The position numbers and the translations under genes were made by a program. A stretch of 64,000 nt of DNA from Cycas panzhihuaensis (taxonomy: Eukaryota; Plantae; Cycadophyta): contig CM041465.1 in NCBI GenBank assembly GCA_023213395.1, positions 187,867,741 through 187,931,740 on the forward strand. The letters run 5' to 3'. The notes under the pieces were generated by a model that was not told the DNA's origin, did not search any database, and saw only the letters and a list, made by a program, of their open reading frames with translations. This document shows, one piece after another, positions 14,301-29,481 of this stretch. Each line of letters opens with the position of its first letter. The first letter of the stretch is position 1.

Positions 14301-16450
14301 TGGGAGAAGTACTTCCTTTAGATGGGTTGATAGCATTTATATAGTAAATAATTGTCCAAATTACTTCTGTTCATAGGTAAGTAGGTATATTTTTATAAAC
14401 CAGCATAGCTCAAGCCATATTCATAATAGACCTATTCATGCACTCGGCAACTCTATTCTGTTGGGGGATACCTACTATTATAGTGTGATGCTTGATGGCA
14501 TTATCTTTTAGATAGGTTTTAAACTCAATAGAGGTATATTCTCTACTATTATTTGTTTAGAGACACTTAATCCGATAACCTGACTCCTTTTCAGTGCAAG
14601 CTTTAAAAGCTTTAAAGATACTAAATACCTCATTTTTCCTGGTCAGAAAAGCCATCCATACTTTCCTAGTAAAATCATCAATGAAGGATATATAATATAA
14701 TTTCTGCTTCAATGATGGAATGGATATTGGTCTACATAGATCAAATTATACTAATTAAAGAGGATGACTCAATTTCCACTGACTATCGATAAAGGATTGT
14801 CTATAAGATTTGACTATAATATATGCTTCACATTTAAAGGGCTTAAAGGAGAACTTGGGCAGACCTGGAAGGGTATGACAAAGATCTCTAAGTTAATTAA
14901 TATGAACATGGCCCATGCAAGCATGCCAAAGAGCTTCTAGAGATAGCTTAGGGTGTGTTAAAGTGGTATTAAAAGTAAAATCTTCATTAATATAAGGGCT
15001 TTGAGCCCAATTGGCTTTAGAAGATGGGGAGTCATTCAAATTAAATAATTTACCAGTAAGCTTTCCAATCAAGACCACTCGATTTATTAGAGGGTAAATA
15101 ACATAAAGAGTTTAGTCATTTGTGGTAACACTAAGATCAAATCTACGGGAGATAAGAGTGGATAAGGAGAGTAGGTTTTATTTTATATTAGGAATGTACA
15201 AGATATCAAGTAATGTAAAGTCTCACAAGCCTAGGAGTTTTAGGTGTATGTTTCCAATACCTTTGATCGGTTATTGGGATTTGTCATCCATGTGAATGAC
15301 ACAATATATATTAGAATCAAAAGTTTGATATAGATCCCGATTACAGGTCATACATTATGTCACTCCTATATCCATGATCCATGAGGAGGTGTTTGAAGTT
15401 ATGCTATTTGTAACTCTAATAGGGGTTTGTATTAGTAATTTAAGATCTCAAGTGGCATAGCTACAATAAGCTTTAAAATATCTCTTAATTTGATTAACGG
15501 TTCTTCCTTCAAGTCTTTGAATGTGTGCTTGAGCAAAACTTGTGCCACCAAACTATTCTTCACATGTTTCATCAACATTGTGAGTGTTGTATTTTTGTTG
15601 AAACTTAGGCAACTTGTATGCAGGTATACAATAATCCTTTATAAGGTCTCATTTCCTATTATATATTTCACACATGATAATATGATTTCTAGTTCCTGAA
15701 GTACTGGTTTGACCTAATTGTCTTACATTAAAAGGTGGCACTTGGCCTTTAGATTATCTAGGCTACTATTGTTGAGGGTTTTATTATGGCCGATTTCCTC
15801 TACCTCGTCCTCTACCCCTTGCTCGATTATTTCCTCCACCACGAGAGGGACCCTGATTCTTTAAGAAGCATACTTCTTCTTCCACATCAAAAGCTACATT
15901 CAGAAGAGGATCTGAAGTTGTAAAATTAGTATCAAAGGTCTTATCAAATTCTATAAACTTCTCTACGAGAGCTTTGAAGTTAAGTGTCTTCAACATTCCA
16001 CTTGATTGAAGACTCCCATGCAAGTTCTTGTAATCAGGTATATATAGATAGGATTGTATGAGGAATGCCTATGTAATACACTAGGTCTTAAAAACTTTGT
16101 CTATTATTTATTTAATTAGTCAAAGGAGGTTAATTATTTGATGTGCATATCCCTTGTGCATCTTCATCTTATTTATCTTTAAGACTAAATAAATAAATTC
16201 AAGGTCAAACTTTGCATCAAAATTCTTTTTAAGAACCTCAAGGACTTTTTAGGTTGTATCGTATTGTTCTTCATTAATTACATTATGCAAGAGCTATAGG
16301 TGGTGATCCTCTAAAGGCAAGTGCTATTGAATGATAGGTGTAAGTTGTAGATGGGCTCTCTAAAGACCTTCATACTTACTAGCATTCTTGCCTCCAGTAT
16401 ACCATAGATCCCAATTATTTTTCCCTTTTAAGATGCAATTTACATTGTAC
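11315..16450 (-). mobile_element. Degenerate Ty1/Copia retrotransposon (gag-PR-INT-RT-RH remnants, probable 3' LTR; 5' LTR not found)
   Basis: Minus-strand remnants of gag (RGRGRG-rich, 15784-16023), LWHACMGH GAG-pre-integrase motif (14893-15078), integrase, RT (about 12500-13560) and RNase H; PPT-like ccccccttaa at about 11604; LTR start approximate. Confidence 0.8.
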
Positions 16451-18022
16451 TTAAATTGAGAAGACATAGTGAAGATGATAAAGTAAAAGAGATAGTGAAG
16501 AAATAGTAAATAAAAATGTCACTAACACATGTGGCTAATACACCCGGTGCAGTAGGGAGAAATATGATTAAGTAGCAAGCAATTATAATAGGCCACCAAC
16601 ACTTGTGGTAAATACTCCTAACGTAGTAGGGTTTGATGATAGGTACAAATAGCAATATAAGGATCATAAAGATAATTGATGTGTCATGTGATCATAAAAT
16701 CAAGATCATGCCTATGTAGAAGCTGACATATGGGTACACACAACTAAAAAACCAAGTTTAATACAGGATGTGTGATTAAATCCAAATCTCTATCTCAAGT
16801 CCAAAGTAGTTGAGGTGTCAATGCCTAAGGGGGCTTCTAGTATACATATTTAAAGTTTCACTCGTAATACCCGCACCTACACTTAGTGATGAAATCTAAG
16901 TCACAGTGGGGCCCAGGTACTCTTAGTCCTCACCCAATTCACTAATGTGCAGTTATATACCTCCTCTAAAGAGTCAAATGGCATGTGTGTATCCCACAGA
17001 TATGATGGATATTAGACCATGTATATTTTAATCTTGATTAAAGTTTTCAGTTTTTTTAGGTGTTTATCAAGATTATCCCTAATTGGAGGCTGTATATATG
17101 GATAATCTATCTCTCTACCACTATTCCAATTAAAACTAGACCCAGTATGAAACTTACATCTACCTTAGGGCCCAAACTTTGGCCAATTATGGTCTATTTC
17201 AACCAAGGTGAGTGTGCACACAAGTCAAGAATTGGCGGTATAAGTCATACGAATGAGATTCCTTTTAGGAAATAATGCAAGTTGTTTCCGAATAACTTGA
17301 ACTGAAAACTGAAATGAAAAAATACCAAATGTACTTGCTTGTCTTTTTTTATTACTTTGTTGTTATTGTTGCCTTGTGTTTTACTTTATGCTATGTATAG
17401 AAATAGAAAGAGCATGCTAGATTTAGTAGGGGAACTAAATGTTGCTTCCGATCTAAGGTTTCCCTTACTTTAGTATAATGTTTTAAAATATATTTTTAGA
17501 AATTTTAATACAAAAGCCACAAAGGGCCAAAAGGTGGATCAACTTTCCACTAAAATGTTGATTTTCTAAATCTTAATGAATATTATATATGGATATAATA
17601 TTATTCCTCATTGAACACTCTTAAAATACCAACTGTGTATGACCTATTCACTTAAAAATAGAGTCCTTAAAACTCCAAAATAAAAATTTGTTAATTTTGA
17701 AGTTTAGGAGCTTAGAGTTATACTATTATATTGCCCTTTTCACTAACACACTAGAAATACCATACTAATATTCTATCTCTCCACAACATTCTTCCTTATT
17801 TTATAGTAGATGGGTGGTTTCTAAAATCCTAAATGAAAAGTTGTGTAATGTGAGTCTTATATAAAAATTATTTATAGATCCCCCAAAGATCTATACCTTC
17901 CAAGGTTAATACAGTCTTTAAATGATTTCTTATAACTATTATTACTCCCCTTGAGGTACTATCCTCTTTGCTTATATCACTCATCCTGAAATGATATACT
18001 TTTTCATTAAAAGTAATTATCC

Positions 18023-18440
18023 ACTAGTTACTAATACTTACTTCAGACCAAGCCCATGCTTCTTGTCTTATGCCTATGGAGTTTCTAATATAGCCACATC
18101 CATGTAAGAGTTGTAAATAATTTTGTATATATGTAAATGCTTCTCTCATATTTTACTTTATGATTCTATTTAACCTAAATGCATAAAACCCTATGATGCA
18201 AGCTCAGAGTGTTTGAAATGATATGGTTTTCTATCAAAAGTAAATATATGCTAGCTAACAATACTTGCTTTGGACCAAGCCTATGCTTCTTGTCTTATGA
18301 CCATGTAGTTTCCAATATACCCACATCCATGTAAGAGTTTCATATCATTTTGTGCATATGTAAATGCTTCTCTCATGTTCTATTTTATGATTCTATTTAA
18401 CCCAAATGCATAAAACCTTACAATGCTAGTTTGGAGTGTT
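18023..18440. repeat. Direct duplication of about 190 bp, period about 227 bp
   Basis: 18023-18212 and 18250-18440 align (gaccaagcc.atgcttcttgtcttatg...aaatgcataaaacc...gagtgtt). Confidence 0.88.
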
Positions 18441-18489
18441 AATTTGATGGAAGCTAAGGGTATTAGCACTTGTGTACTTACAAAATACT

Positions 18490-21400
18490 TGTTGGCCTAT
18501 AAAGGGGTCATTAATAATGTATTAAAAGGCATTATTGGTACATGTATTAACAAAAATATTAATTGATGTAAAAAGGGAGAATTAATATAAGAATTAGTTG
18601 AGAGTTAGTTGAGTTGTTAAACCATCAAATGTGATGTATAAATATTCTATATGAGAGAGGGATTATAGATGTGAATGAATATTATGAGGGATTGTGATTA
18701 TAAGTTGATACATTAACTTAAGGCTGGTAACACTTCACTATCCAACTAGATCCCTTTGATTAATAAGATGACAATATTACTACTAGTATCCATGTCTTCT
18801 TGTCTCTAACTAGTTCTCTTCCTTATGAATACCTTGCTTGTGAATGTTATACCTTTCTTACAATGGCATGTTGGCAATTCATTGAGGTCTCCATATCCTA
18901 AAATTACCAATATTTGGTGAATTGCTTATGTGTGAATCATAAGGGTCCTTAGTGATTTAATACTTTAAGGTTGACAAGGTAATGATAGTAGGACCGTGAG
19001 TGCATAGATATAATGAATGAAATTTAATCAAGATAAAGACAAGAACAATGATGATATTGGCAATCCAAATTTCCATGTATTGGAGTAAGAAAAGACATCA
19101 CTAAAGATTCCATTAGAACTTGTAACCAAATAATAATTAAGACTAATAAATATGAAAGAGTAGCATTACTAAAGAGACCTTAAAGTTGATGTTATTAATA
19201 GGTGAATAAAGACCCTTTATGAGTGTTGATATATGGTGAAGTTGATGCTATCAAGATGATTCAAGAATATAAAGGGAAAAGTCATGAATAACAAGTTTAC
19301 AATTGAAGTGCTCTAAGGTGCTTATATATTAAGCAAGGTTAATGGATTAAAAATTAACCAAATTATAGCCATATTTAATCAAATTCATTAGCCAAGATAG
19401 AGGGTGGCATTGTAGAGTAACATTGAGTTGATATTTAAAGTTGACGTGATAATATAATTCATGTCTAATATTCATTGTCATATAATTTGAAGTAGAAGCA
19501 TGCAAGCAATCAATTAACATCGAGTAGACATAAGTGATTGAGCAAATGAAGATAGTGCTTAAACGGTTTATAAAGATAAGCTTACTAAATATTGATATTG
19601 ATGTCATAATTAAAGATGGATAGTCATTGGCCACAATATGAAATAGTTTACAGCATTGAAATAATTTGAAGTAGTTATGGGATTATTGGAGATATTATTT
19701 TATTTAATATCCATAGATTAACAAATGCTGATATAATATATATGCTAGAACTCAACAACAAGTTAAGTTGATGTTGAGAAAACTAAGTCGACATCGACAA
19801 AGAAAATGATGTTGAGGAAACAATGGTGTTGACAAAAAAAATGATGTCAAAAAAATGGCAAGTTGATGCCAACAAACTATAGATGTTATCAATATTATAC
19901 CAAGCTAATGTTATTAAATTATAAAAGACGTTAAGTTTACGAGGTTGATGATGCAAAATGGACAGAATAGAAAATATCCTAATGTGCATTGAAGCAAAAG
20001 CTTGTAGCATTAGTGGTGTAGTTTAATAAGGTAATCATATTAGTAGGGTATATACTAATCATTAATGACATTCTTCATATCTCTCACAATCAAATATTAC
20101 ATTAACAAAATTTGAGTCGATATTAATAGCATTGAATAGTATATGTTAATGTAATATGAGACAATAATCAACATAAGTTAGTAAATGGAAGAATTTTTCT
20201 AGTCTTCTATATTGATTCAATTATCCACATGAATCAACAAGATTAATAGATTACAATGCATAACCTAAGATTTTAAATTGATTAAAGTTACCTATGAAGA
20301 GGAAGTTAACTATGTGGACATGCAATTATATATTTGATAAAGAATGTCAAAGTCCATATTTTTTTTCAAGTCAACATTGTCGATGTAGGCTATCAAAGAT
20401 ATTAAATCATCATAACTCACTAAGGATTAAGTTCCACCTAATTTGATGATGATCAAGTTTAGTTATGTTATGAATGTTAGTAGACATCAAGTGATGTTAC
20501 AAAGACTTTATGGTAACAATAACAAAAACACTAAAGTTATCTATATGAAGATGCTTGACTATATAGTGGAGCCAAAGATATAAATAAGAGCTAAAATTAG
20601 TCTCTACAATTTTTTAAGGAACTTTGAAGGCAAACAATTGCAAAAATAAGATTGCAATAACCTATATTAGGATTTGCATTAGAACTACAATTAGATATCA
20701 AATCATAACTAGAATATATCTAAATTAGTGTGTTGTATACTACAATAAGTAGTAACATTGGAGGAGACACATTGGGTGCACTAAATTCTTACATTTTGTG
20801 TTCTAGTAGTGTCTCTAACACTTATAAAGTTTTTCAACTGTGTGTAATAATGCTAAGGAAGTTGCTAGCATTCCTTGTTTTATAAAAATGGCTAGTATTT
20901 CATAGGCTTGACCAGTCAAATATAGTATTTAGCCATGTAAAGGAGTTTATGTATAATGTTGATATATGACTATAGTATACATCATGGTTAGGACTCTAGA
21001 TTAGTAAAAAATAAGCACGACTTTATATGTATTGACAAAAAAATTCAAGAACACAAATAATGATAGGGTATCAAGTAGGTGAGTTTTCTTCATCTCAACC
21101 CAAGTTGAAAATATTCTCATTTAGCAACACTATGTAGTAGTAAATCAAAGTAGATAACTTTGTATTATCTTATGTACCATGATTTTACTCAACTAATGAT
21201 GATTCCTATGATTTTTACTCAATAAATAATGATTCTAATAATGCCATTGAGTTAATATGATGGTTGTGGGATAGCCCAAACCCTAATTCATATGATGAGC
21301 TAGGAAAGGTTATAGGTCAACCCAAACCCTCTGATTGGACTTTATGAATTAGGATGAGGAATATAGGTCTTAGGGCTTGTCACTTAGTTCAACTTAGAAA

Positions 21401-22130
21401 AAGGAGTTGCCTTGTAATAGGGACTTAGATGTGAGATGTTAGCAGCCTAGTAAAGGTACAAGTAAGACTCGACATGACTACCATGACCTAGGAAATGGGT
21501 AATGCAACATCTAAATATAAGATGTCATTAGCTAGAACATAATAAGCAATCATTATAAGAAACAACTTAGATTTAGATAAATATTTCTCAATAGTGGGGT
21601 ATATGTTGATTTGATCTAAATGTTGTTAATCAATAGCACAATGAAAATTGATGATAAACCATGTATCCAAAGGTCTTCCTAGCAAACTTGCAAATGCAAT
21701 GTCTAGTTACCTATATAGACTAGTGGATGGGCAAACCTTCATATGGATATCATTAATTCCTATCTGTCACACAAATACATGTTACCTTTTATTTAGGCTT
21801 ATGTGACTTATTAAGTACAGGAGAGGTGTTGGCCTGTAATGGGATTATTGATAATATATTAAAAGCGATCATTGATATTTATATTAATAAAAGGGTTACT
21901 TAATATAAAAAGGGGAAATTAATATAAGAATTAGTTGGGTTGTTGAACCACCTAATGCCCTTAACTGTTCAAGTAACCATGTAATCCCTTTGATTAATAA
22001 CATGACAATATTATTGCTCATAGTCATGTCTTCTTATCTCTAACTCCTTCTCCTCCTTATGAATGCCATGCCTTTCATACAATGACATGTTGCAATTGAT
22101 TAAGGTCTCCAAGTCCTAAAATCACCAATA
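18490..22130 (+). mobile_element. Old LTR retroelement with an eroded or deleted internal region (superfamily unclear)
   Basis: LTRs at 18490-18912 and 21827-22130 (tgttggcct...accaata; the 3' copy is about 120 bp shorter); TSD atact/atgct; tggtg after the 5' LTR; purine tract caggagagg before the 3' LTR. Confidence 0.78.
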
Positions 22131-22599
22131 ATGCTCTACTAGTTTTGTAGTATAAATGCCTATGCATACTAAACATTGCAATATAGAGGATGAGACAGAA
22201 ATGATAATGACCCATTGTAATGAACTGAGATTACATGAGTTGGCAATAGGTTGAAAAGGCACATACTAAACCTATATCCATCCCTAAGCACAAGATTTTA
22301 CTGTACTAGTAATAGAACAACCCACTTGAATAACTAATAGATTTCTCAATAAAACATTTATAAAACATTTAAGAGATAATCCTAGTTGATAGCATAATAG
22401 TTGATAATGATGATAATATAAGTGAAATAATAACTAATATAAATAACAAATGCAATGATTGAGTGGTTGATGCTTGTTAATAAAGCGCCCAAGGATGAAA
22501 TTAATCCATCATCATATGAAAATATAAATTAGTCATGACATGCACACATATCAACCTCTTTTCTATGCCCCTAAATATTGGATTCAACTTTAATATTAA

Positions 22600-24360
22600 T
22601 AAAATATTAGTAAAGGACTAGGCTCATTACAAGTCTTGCCATTATTACATGCTATGGGGACTGTATCGCAAATAGACTACTCTTAAAAGAGACTTGCCAA
22701 GGTGGAAGTGAGCAATTCTATATGACTTTCTTCTATGCCCTCATCCTGCTTATATATGTTACTTTTTATTGGTTAACTTTCCAACACTATTGTTTATTAT
22801 TTATCATTGAGATCAAGATAATAATAATGGAGCTAAAAGGAATTATACCATAGTGAAGGAGGAATTTTTGTTAATCATGCATGCAATTAATAAATTCCAA
22901 TATTACATCTATCATGTTCATTCCTTTATATATAGTGATAGTGCTACTATTTAACTTGTAATGAATAAACCCATGAAGAATCTGTGAATTATTTGTTTAT
23001 TGCTCTTGTTGTAGCCATTTGATGTTCATATTATTCACATGCTCAATAAGGTAAATGTCAATGTTGATTACTTATCAGTGTTATCATGAGTAACTCTGGT
23101 TAATGGCCTATTAGAAGACCATTTTTGGATCAGCACTTGTTTGCCATAAGCATTTAAAACCCTTAGGTTGTACATATTACAAACTACATTATAACATATA
23201 TTGTTCCCTCCCACTTATCCAAGAAAAAGTGCTAAAAGCTAGAAAACATTAATATCTCTTGTACATGGAATAGTGAATTTTTATATAAATATGTTTTTGA
23301 TAATATCTTATATGGATGTCGAAGGGAAGATGAAATATATTATGTACCCTAGGTTTCTCATGATGAGCCTTACATAGGGCATTTTGCCAAAAAGAGGATA
23401 ATATAGGAAATATTGATAATTAAATATTTTAGCCTTCATTACATAAGGATGCCAAGAATTATATTGTTGCTTATGATACTTACTAAATAATAAGTAGACC
23501 ATCTAAGAGTTCAGCAATGCCTCTACATCTTGTGTTAGCTTGAGAGCCCTTTAAATAATGAAACATTAATTTTACAAACCCTATGTAAACCATACCTTAG
23601 AGAGGTCATAAATGCAAACTAGTTTATATTAATTATGTTACCAAATGGGTAGAAATGCATTCATTTAAATAAGCAAATTCTAGAAATGTGACTCTTTTTA
23701 TATGAGGAAATCTTTACCAGATATGATAAATCTTTTAAACTAGCTGGCAATAGAGGATCCTTATTTTATTAACCAAGTAATTGTGACCCTAAAGTAAAAT
23801 TATCAAGCAAGATATAAGAAGTCCATCCCACCTTTTCCATAAGTAAATGGAAAAGTAGAGGGCATAAACTAAAAGACAAAAAATCTTATAATGAAGACTA
23901 GCCAACTAGATAAGTGAGGTTAGAGAGAAAGTTAGCTAAAGTTATCTAAATATATAAAATCATATTAAAGATTTATCCCATTTGACTCCTATATGTCAAG
24001 CATGTAAACACGATGATCAAGTTGGAAATTAAAATATTACAAATAATGAGCATATTAGGCATGTCATTAACAAAGGCATAACAATAGTAAATCCTTAATA
24101 TATATGCATTGGCCTAGATATGAGATAAAGTAATCCAAAGAGCATAAATGATCTAGTAATAGTGTAAACAATGGTATGATCATTTTATGCACTACTATAT
24201 GATTGGAGGTATGGGGATTTTCCAAGTAAAATTAAGATAAGGTGTTTCAAGCCATATCAAATGCATCAAGTATTTGTAAATCGAGTGACCATATTACAAT
24301 TAATTGATGATCTATAATATCAACCATTCATAAATGGGTACAAGTTAAAATTATATAAAA
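22600..24360 (+). mobile_element. Degraded Ty3/Gypsy (Tat/Athila-like) integrase region
   Basis: Remnant motifs YEEIFTRY (about 23701), PFP*VNGKVEGIN (about 23831; compare YYPQANGQVE) and NGYKLKLY (about 24333); 5' boundary approximate. Confidence 0.55.
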
Positions 24361-25395
24361 TCCAATAAGTTCAGATGATCTTTTACAAGGATTCAAATAG
24401 TAAGCTATATCTAAGCTTGTGTTAAAAAAGTCTTAATTAATAGAATTTACATCAATACTTAGTTAGTAGTATGACTTTGTCTAGACATGAGTCTATTATG
24501 TATATGTAGTTAGAGGGTATAAAAGTATTTACCTTTTATAGTTATAAAAAACTAAAAATAATGCCAAATTATAAGTCCTCTAGTTATAGTAAAATAATGA
24601 AAATATGAAATAGTGATGATGGGTTCATTAGTAGAAATAGTCTAGTTAATGAATATGAGTTTCTTTAATAGTTTACTATATTTTAGTTAGCTACTTACTA
24701 TAGTTCTTGAGAACTTAGGAGTAGGTATAAAAGATAATGAATAAATTTCCCTTGATGTTACTAAAAGGGAACAATGAGAATATTAAGAATTAAGTTTACC
24801 TTCATTCACACTTGAAGGGACTATCTTCCCTTTAGGATGCTTTCATTTAAGCTTTATAATTTCTTATTAATGATAGGTATGCCTTAGGATTGGATAAATA
24901 TTTAAGTAGGAGGAGCTCTTTTAAAAACTCTTTTGAATCACTCCCTTATGATGTTAGTTGAGAATGAGGACTAAATAGCTAACTAAACACATATAATAAG
25001 GTGCAATAACCTTCATGGCAATGAATAATTTTTTTATAACTAAATGGCCTAAAGGTATCCATTTTAATAAGGGGGCCATAGACATGATATGGACTTAATG
25101 TAGACCTTCCTACATAAATGAGATCAAGTACAATGGGTTGTGGACCCTATGCACATGATGAAACATGTGATAAAGAAGGAAACGATGAAAATGAATGATT
25201 AATTGAGGAGGGGGTATGAATAACTATGATACTTACTTTGCATGAAATGGGATAAGTCTAGGTCAAAGAAGGAGAAGAGTAAGAGATGTAGGGAGATGGA
25301 AAGTAAAATGGAGGCTTAACATAGGAAAAACAGAATAGTAAGGAGATCAAGGCTCTATAAAGACTCAACCATAGGAGATGTAGGCTTGAAGATGA

Positions 25396-25504
25396 ACTCT
25401 ATAGGCAAAAATGATAAAGAACTCCCTTCTTCCTCTCAAATAAAGATTTGAGCTCTATAAAAAGAAATGGCAAAGAACTCCCTTCCTCCTCTCAAATAAA
25501 GATT
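25396..25504. repeat. About 55-bp tandem duplication
   Basis: ctctata...aaagaactcccttc.tcctctcaaataaagatt occurs twice. Confidence 0.75.
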
Positions 25505-28500
25505 ATAAAGACTTCTGCCACTCAAACTATTCACAAACAATTGGAGGATGTGCAAATTAAAAAGAAACTAATGACTTAAGTAGGTTGAATAGTGTCCAAT
25601 AGAGTGAAGCTCATATACATCTAATAGTAGAAGATGTTATAAGTTAAAAGGGAGATTGACTCCTATATGGTCATCAAGAAAGATGTAAAATTAGAAGTCA
25701 CTTTGAAGCGATTTAGGGTGTGTTCTCTATGTTACTATAAGTATTCCTAGTATAACTTAAAAGATGCTAGTTACTTTATCAAAATTTTCATGAGTGGGTG
25801 GATTATAAGGAAGGGGAAAAAATTGAAATTGAATAGAGAATTTATTAGTTGAGATTTATAGGCTTTAGTACAAGGGAAGACTTGGAAAGATAAGGAAGCC
25901 AAGGAGGAATTCATCGCCCTCCTCTAAATTCTTTTTTAAAGAAGAATAGTTAATAAGTATAAATCCTAGAAAATGGCTTCTTATAAAGTGATTGCTAGAA
26001 ACCTAAGCCTCTTTAGTGATTATGACTTTAAGGCATGCTTTTACCTAGGTTTATCTTGTAAATATAGATATTCCATATGTTCAAATTATAAGTGCCTAGA
26101 AGTAGCATGAAGAAGTAGATATTGTAGAATTTTTGCATTGTATAATTAGAGATAATATTAAGAAATAGTTCTAAATAAAGGATTCTAAAATAATGGCAAT
26201 CCTCTATTCTTATTATATAAAAAATTATTATTTTTTCAAAGGTAGAAGCAAGGGAAAGCTAATAAGGAAGAGTTGATATAACTTTATGAAGAGGCAAAAT
26301 TGCTACAAGAAACTTAGGTAAAAACTTTAAAGGATTGGAATTAAGAGTAAGGAAACGAGATATTGAAACTTCAAGAGCAGTTGCCTTTCCTCAAACTTTG
26401 TTGAAAGGGAAATGAAGAATAGTTATAAGAATCCTACAAAGTAACGAAGAGTGATGATAATTTATTGTTGGAGTTGAGGAAGGGTGAGAAGAATAAATTA
26501 AAGGAGAGTTTTATCTCATGTAGTGGTAATTAGATTCTTATGGCAAGAATTAAAGTTGATGTATGGAAAGTCAAACATAATAGCTAAAGGCAACCAAGTT
26601 GTTACAAAAAAGTGTAAGTAAATCACTCCTAAAGACTATAGATCTTATTTAAAAATTTATTGCCTTGATGATGGATTTTTGGTAGTCAGAAAGAGATATA
26701 TTTTTTGATATATTTGGAAAGAGCATTGGCCATAAGATTAATAACCCTCACGACCAATTATCCCCTTATGAACAAACCCTATGAATCTACGGGAGATAAA
26801 GACCTCCTATTGGAGATGTTCCTAATAAGTGACTTCCATAAAAAGGAGGAGTCTAATCCTAATATTTTAATAGGCAAGGTCCATTTGAGAAATGTAATGT
26901 CAACTTGGAAAGCTGAATGGCATAGATTTGATGGGATAATTACAATTAGTAAGAATGAAGTGGAGATTCCCTAGAATTAAGGATAAATAGTATGGATGAC
27001 AAAGCTACTCTTATCTTGCATAAAAGGTTGATGGAAATATAATTATAAGAGATAATTTATATCCTTCGCTAATAAGAACATATGCATGAATGGTTAAGGA
27101 TGGAGGAAAGTATACTTAGAAGGGTAAGAGAAATGTTAAGGGAGAGGATGTAGGATTTAACTAAAGTCTCGAGGACAAGGAGCCATTTAATGTTAATACT
27201 CATGCTTTGGCAACATTTTAGCAGATATTCTAGTTAATAATTGATTAATTACTAGGAGGATTTGAATGGACTGATGTACTAACCCTTCACCTTATATATT
27301 TTCTTTAGCATCTAGATATTACATGGTTAAATCCACAAGTTTGAGATGTAAGTTAAATAGTTTGGACAAACCACAATGGTGTCAAGAGTGAGATCCACTC
27401 TCATTTACTTAAGAATATAATATTCACACAATAAGAAGATGATCAGAGCATTATAGTCGCATGGATCTAGTGAGCATAAGAATTAAACAAAGGATGAGAA
27501 CAATGTAGCCATGACCAAAGGGAAGAAGAAGCAAAGATTTATAGAAAGAATTAAGCTTAGTTAAGTGAGTGCTCTATGACATAATATAGGATAACAGGAG
27601 TAGAAATGTTAAGTCCCATTTTGAGCCTTGTCATTAGAGCCTTTTCTACCCTTTCTATGAGTATTTCATCATTATTTTTGTTAAAATCTCATATTTACTA
27701 AACCAAGAAACACTTTTTGGGATTATTTTAGAAAGTTATTAGTTTGGCATATTCTATATATTCATTCTAGATATCAACTGAAATTCATGAGCAAATTGTG
27801 GAAGAAGAAATAATATTTATTTATCCTTATAATGGCCTAAGAAGGTCTATATTTTTTATCTTTTGAGGTAGTTATAATCTCCTTTCACATTATGTGACAA
27901 AAGCCCTTATAAAGATAATTATAATTTATTTCTCATTTTAGTGAGTTGGTATAATTTCTTTCCATGTATCCTTTGGTATGTGTTGAAAGAGAAATCTAAT
28001 GTTGAATATAAATTTTATAAGATCCATTTAGTTTCAATTGAAGGAAGGTGAATATTATATGTAAATGATGTTCCTTCAGTTTAAGTAAAAGAGAATTACA
28101 CTATTTAAACAAATAGTTAATGTTAGAATATATGGTGTGATTCACATATATAATGTTTAATATTCTCCTATATAAAAGCATTGGTTAGTATCATAAAGGC
28201 ACAGTTGTTAATGGTAACCTCCTATTGGAAGGTAAAAAGGCTTTAAAATATTATTGGCTCATCATGAGGTGGATTATCCTATAAATATATACACATCTAC
28301 TTGAGAAACTTGAGAGTGGAACGGGTGTGCTTTATTATGTGATTAATAGAGTGGAGCTAGCTTCTAATCTTCTCCTATATATTTTTCTTAGTTTGAGTTT
28401 TCCATATTTATATCTAGTGTCTTATGGTGATGATTATGCATGTTGATTATGTCTGATATAATCTATATCTTGTATTATATAATGTATATATACATATCCT

Positions 28501-29481
28501 TATGATTTGATATCATAGTTTTATTAATGTGTCAATGTTTAACATGGCATAACAATGCGTTATTATAAATTTTGGACTTATGATTGGCTAGTTTATTTTA
28601 CAATTAGTATGAGAACATGTTTTTCTCATATCATATTTTTACATTTGGTATTAGAGCTAATGGTACTAAAGGTTTAAATATAGAGAACCTATTTGAGATA
28701 GGCTGTTAGCCATATTGATTTGGAGCTAGCATATATGAGTTTATAACATAAAGTTTTGTTATGAATTGGATGCACATTGAGCAAGATCACCTAACATATG
28801 TTGGTGTTATTGAGCCTAGTAGAAGTTGTGCAACTATTATGAGAGCCAATGTTAGGATGACAGAGTCAGTATGATCCAATACAAGAACCCTACTAAACAG
28901 GGTTTGATGATCCAAGGTTATGCCTATAAGATATGACTAGATTTAGGCATGTTAATAGCTACATACAAGTTGTTGAAAGCCATGTGAAGATTAGTACTGC
29001 TAGAGTTGTATGGAATGATATTTATTTATTATTTGTGGACATTTGTTTACCATGTTATATGTATAGTTTTCTTGAATATGTAAGAGGAGAACCTATTACA
29101 TGTAAAGTGTGGTTTACTTATTGTTGAAGGATGAGCTATTGCAGAAAATCAAAATGATATCCCTATCTAAATATTATTGCTAACATAGGAAGAGGTTCTA
29201 TGTTAGTCCACAAAATATGATGAAGATGAACTAGTTGTGTTTAGGTTTGCAAGAGGGGCCCTTATAATTATGCTTGAGCCTTTGTAAGATTGATCACCTC
29301 ACTAAACCTAAGGTTTAACAATAGGACAATTGATAATTAGTGATATCCCTCTTATCCAAATAGAATTTTTTATTCACTAGTTTATGGATGTTATTTTTGT
29401 AGTAGTATTTATAATTGAAAGATTTGAGGCTACTTGGAGTGGTACAGAGTTTCATCATATTGTGATAGTTATAACAGGTTA

